From: an uncultured Eubacteriales bacterium
GTDB lineage: Bacteria > Bacillota > Clostridia > Peptostreptococcales > Anaerovoracaceae
DNA length: 64,000 nucleotides
Direction of reading: 5' to 3'
NCBI GenBank assembly: GCA_902801255.1
Contig: CADCHO010000003.1
Location: forward strand, 20,188-84,187
Shown: positions 62,228 through 64,000 of the stretch, in pieces
Layout of the letters: every line of letters starts with the position of its first letter
How positions within the stretch are numbered: the first letter of the stretch is position 1
The notes under the pieces: model-generated
What the model saw: the letters and a program-made list of their open reading frames with translations, nothing else
Told to the model about the DNA's origin: nothing
Database searches by the model: none
Program-made: the position numbers and the translations under genes

Positions 62228-64000
62228 CTAGGATACTTTTACCTTCCTGCCGCAATTCTTTTTCGTGAAATACTTCCTGTACTTCTTTACATATTTCTTA
62301 TTGAGCTTCTTCCTGCCGACTTTCACCTTGACCCTCTTCACTTTGGAGCCCTTGAGTGAGCCTTTGACGCTTGCCTTTGTAAGCTTCTTCGTCTTTACAA
62401 TGAGCTTAGTTGCTTTTGTCTTCGCAAAGGCCTTCGCATTGATCGCATTTACGACGTACTGTTTGCCGCCGGACTCGATGTAAGCAGGGATTATCACGCT
62501 CTTTGCATTCCGCGCTTTCACGAGCATTGCCGTCCTGCTGTCGGCCGTATCTGAAGTGATCACGTAATTTCCGCCGTTGAAGTTTACAGCTGTGCCGGTT
62601 TGGTCCGCAAGCGCGCCGGCATCAGGTTTGTCGGTGCCGGAGCCATCTGCCGGTGTACTGCCGCCGTCGCCATTTACTGTGACCTTGCATTTCAGCACTT
62701 CGCTCGTCTCGGCATTGACTGCCATTACGTATGCGGTTCCCGGCGCGACCGCTGTAACAACACCGATCTTGTTGACCTTCGCAACCTCTTCATCCGTAGA
62801 TATCCAGAGGAACTTCGGCGATTCGCAAGGAGCCGGTGAAGCGACAGTGAGCACCTGACTGTATTCTCCCGGCTCAAGTGTCAGAGAGGTCTTGTCGATC
62901 TCGACGCTTCCGCAATCGTTCATATCCGCTGCGCTGACAACATGCAGTTTGAACGATTTTGAGACGCCGTTGCTGAGTGTTCCTGTGATGGTCACATCTC
63001 CTGTTTTATAAATAGTCAAGGTGTCGAAGTCATTGTCAGGTTCGGCGATCTTATTGTCTGTGCTGGTCCAGGTGATCTTCTGATCAGCGGCATCCGCAGG
63101 CATCACACTGAAAACCGGTGCGTACATGGTTTTATCCTCGGCCTCGTACATCCGGACATAAGCATCGTAGTGATCGAAGAATATATCTGTTGCCTGGATG
63201 CCCTCGCCTTTTTCAATGTAGTTCGCTGTGAGTACGATGTCCTCCGTGATCTTGGAGTTTTCACCGTAGTATTTCCCTTCCGCATCTGCCCAGTTTTTGA
63301 ACGTGAACCCCGGTTTTAAAGGAGCCTCAGGAATGTCCTTATTTGTAAGCTTTCCCACTACGTCCACTTCGCTGACGACCTCGCCGTCAGCCATGAAAGT
63401 GACGTGATGCGGATCCGTGGAGAGCTCGCTGACCGCCTTGTCGACAGCTTCCGCCCTCTCGTTGATCCAGGTGCGCAGCTGCTCGATCACTTCCCTGTAC
63501 TCTGTGAACTGGCCCTTTTTGGAGCCGTTCTTCTCCCAGTCGTACATATATGTCGTCTCCATCTGCTCGATGTATTTGTCGAGGCGGCCACCTTCTTTTG
63601 TGATCTCGTTGAGCTCGTCCTTCAGGTAGACTTTGTCCTCCGGGCTGTCCCCTTCGCTCTGACTGTATTCTTTGCTCCAGCGTTCTTTGACTTTGCTGAC
63701 GAACACAGGATCACGCATCATTATATCGAACCAGTCCATTCCGGTCGTGTCGATGGAGTCTCTCGGAGGGATATCGTGATCGGTGCCGCCCCAGGCCACG
63801 GAGTCGAAATCCCAGAGAGGTCCCCAGTAGAGCTTGCCCGGGTCAGTATCACTTTGTCTCTTTTTATAGAGATATGTGCTGCCGTTGATGTACGCATCTC
63901 CGTTGCTCGAGAACTCCTGGACCCACCAGTAATCTACCGCCGCATCAAGGTCGATATAGTCGGTGTACGGATGCCCGTCTGCATCCTTAAAGTCCTTGCC
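62228..64000 (-). CDS. Surface protein: CotH-like domain, Big_2 Ig-like domains and BspA-type LRR/Lys-rich C-terminus (N-terminus beyond the right edge)
   Basis: The frame stays open from the listed GTG (63799) to 64000. My translation reads ..GKLYWGPLWDFDSVAWGGTDHD (CotH-like). ITWTSTDNKIAEPD and LWISTDEEVAKVNKIGVVTAVAPGTAYV (Big_2). ..VIIPAYIESGGKQYVVNAINAKAF.. (LRR). Confidence 0.75.
   Translation of the reverse strand, partial: GKDFKDADGHPYTDYIDLDAAVDYWWVQEFSSNGDAYINGSTYLYKKRQSDTDPGKLYWGPLWDFDSVAWGGTDHDIPPRDSIDTTGMDWFDIMMRDPVFVSKVKERWSKEYSQSEGDSPEDKVYLKDELNEITKEGGRLDKYIEQMETTYMYDWEKNGSKKGQFTEYREVIEQLRTWINERAEAVDKAVSELSTDPHHVTFMADGEVVSEVDVVGKLTNKDIPEAPLKPGFTFKNWADAEGKYYGENSKITEDIVLTANYIEKGEGIQATDIFFDHYDAYVRMYEAEDKTMYAPVFSVMPADAADQKITWTSTDNKIAEPDNDFDTLTIYKTGDVTITGTLSNGVSKSFKLHVVSAADMNDCGSVEIDKTSLTLEPGEYSQVLTVASPAPCESPKFLWISTDEEVAKVNKIGVVTAVAPGTAYVMAVNAETSEVLKCKVTVNGDGGSTPADGSGTDKPDAGALADQTGTAVNFNGGNYVITSDTADSRTAMLVKARNAKSVIIPAYIESGGKQYVVNAINAKAFAKTKATKLIVKTKKLTKASVKGSLKGSKVKRVKVKVGRKKLNKKYVKKYRKYFTKKNCGRKVKVS

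Overview
This 64-kb window looks like a moderate/low-GC Gram-positive anaerobe. The gene content is Clostridia/Lachnospiraceae-like (choline-type cell-wall-binding repeats, rubrerythrin, a CpsABCD-type module), but the taxon is inference only. About 60 genes are present and all but one are on the minus strand. Many are chained by 4-nt ATGA or 1-nt TAATG stop/start overlaps. The ORF track uses GTG/TTG as M, so several longest-ORF starts were trimmed. Layout: (1) 1-31006 is a ~31-kb envelope-glycan super-locus read right to left. It starts with a WbaP-type initiating phosphoglycosyltransferase. GDP-mannose to GDP-D-rhamnose genes follow (manC, a manC-cupin-PMI fusion, gmd, rmd), then GT4 transferases and a Wzm/Wzt ABC exporter whose Wzt has a C-terminal glycan-binding domain. 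Next comes a visibly AT-richer cassette. It holds a GtrA/GtrB/GT-C three-component glycosylation set, a CDP-3,6-dideoxyhexose pathway (rfbF-rfbG-rfbH plus reductase and 5-epimerase, no E3 reductase) and a second GT-C-like protein. A WbpB/E/D-like 2,3-diacetamido-sugar trio closes the locus. (2) 31192-37933 holds rmlA, an exported PTP-like protein, a cell-wall-binding-repeat protein, DJ-1, a phosphoglucomutase remnant, a histidine phosphatase and small exported proteins. (3) 38014-40896 is a class A PBP with a ~290-aa low-complexity N-terminal tail. (4) About 41.1-50.46 kb is an AT-rich island. It contains a nuclease-like ORF and a ~0.5-kb GC-rich, ORF-poor, highly self-complementary segment ending in an intrinsic terminator, which I treat as a candidate large structured ncRNA. 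It also contains a large-serine-recombinase module with a near-consensus promoter and a 22-bp palindromic operator. An unassigned domain is present three times in that module. Several gene fragments and a foreign full-length capD complete the island. (5) 50465-55313 is a truncated LCP/Wzz/BY-kinase/CpsB/capD' capsule-regulatory module with its promoter. (6) 55367-64000 holds exported proteins, rubrerythrin, plsC (the only + gene), an FN3 surface protein, a membrane-anchored tandem AAA+ ATPase and a CotH/Big2/LRR surface protein that runs off the right edge. I saw no rRNA, tRNA or CRISPR array. All homology calls come from by-eye motif recognition; no database search was run.
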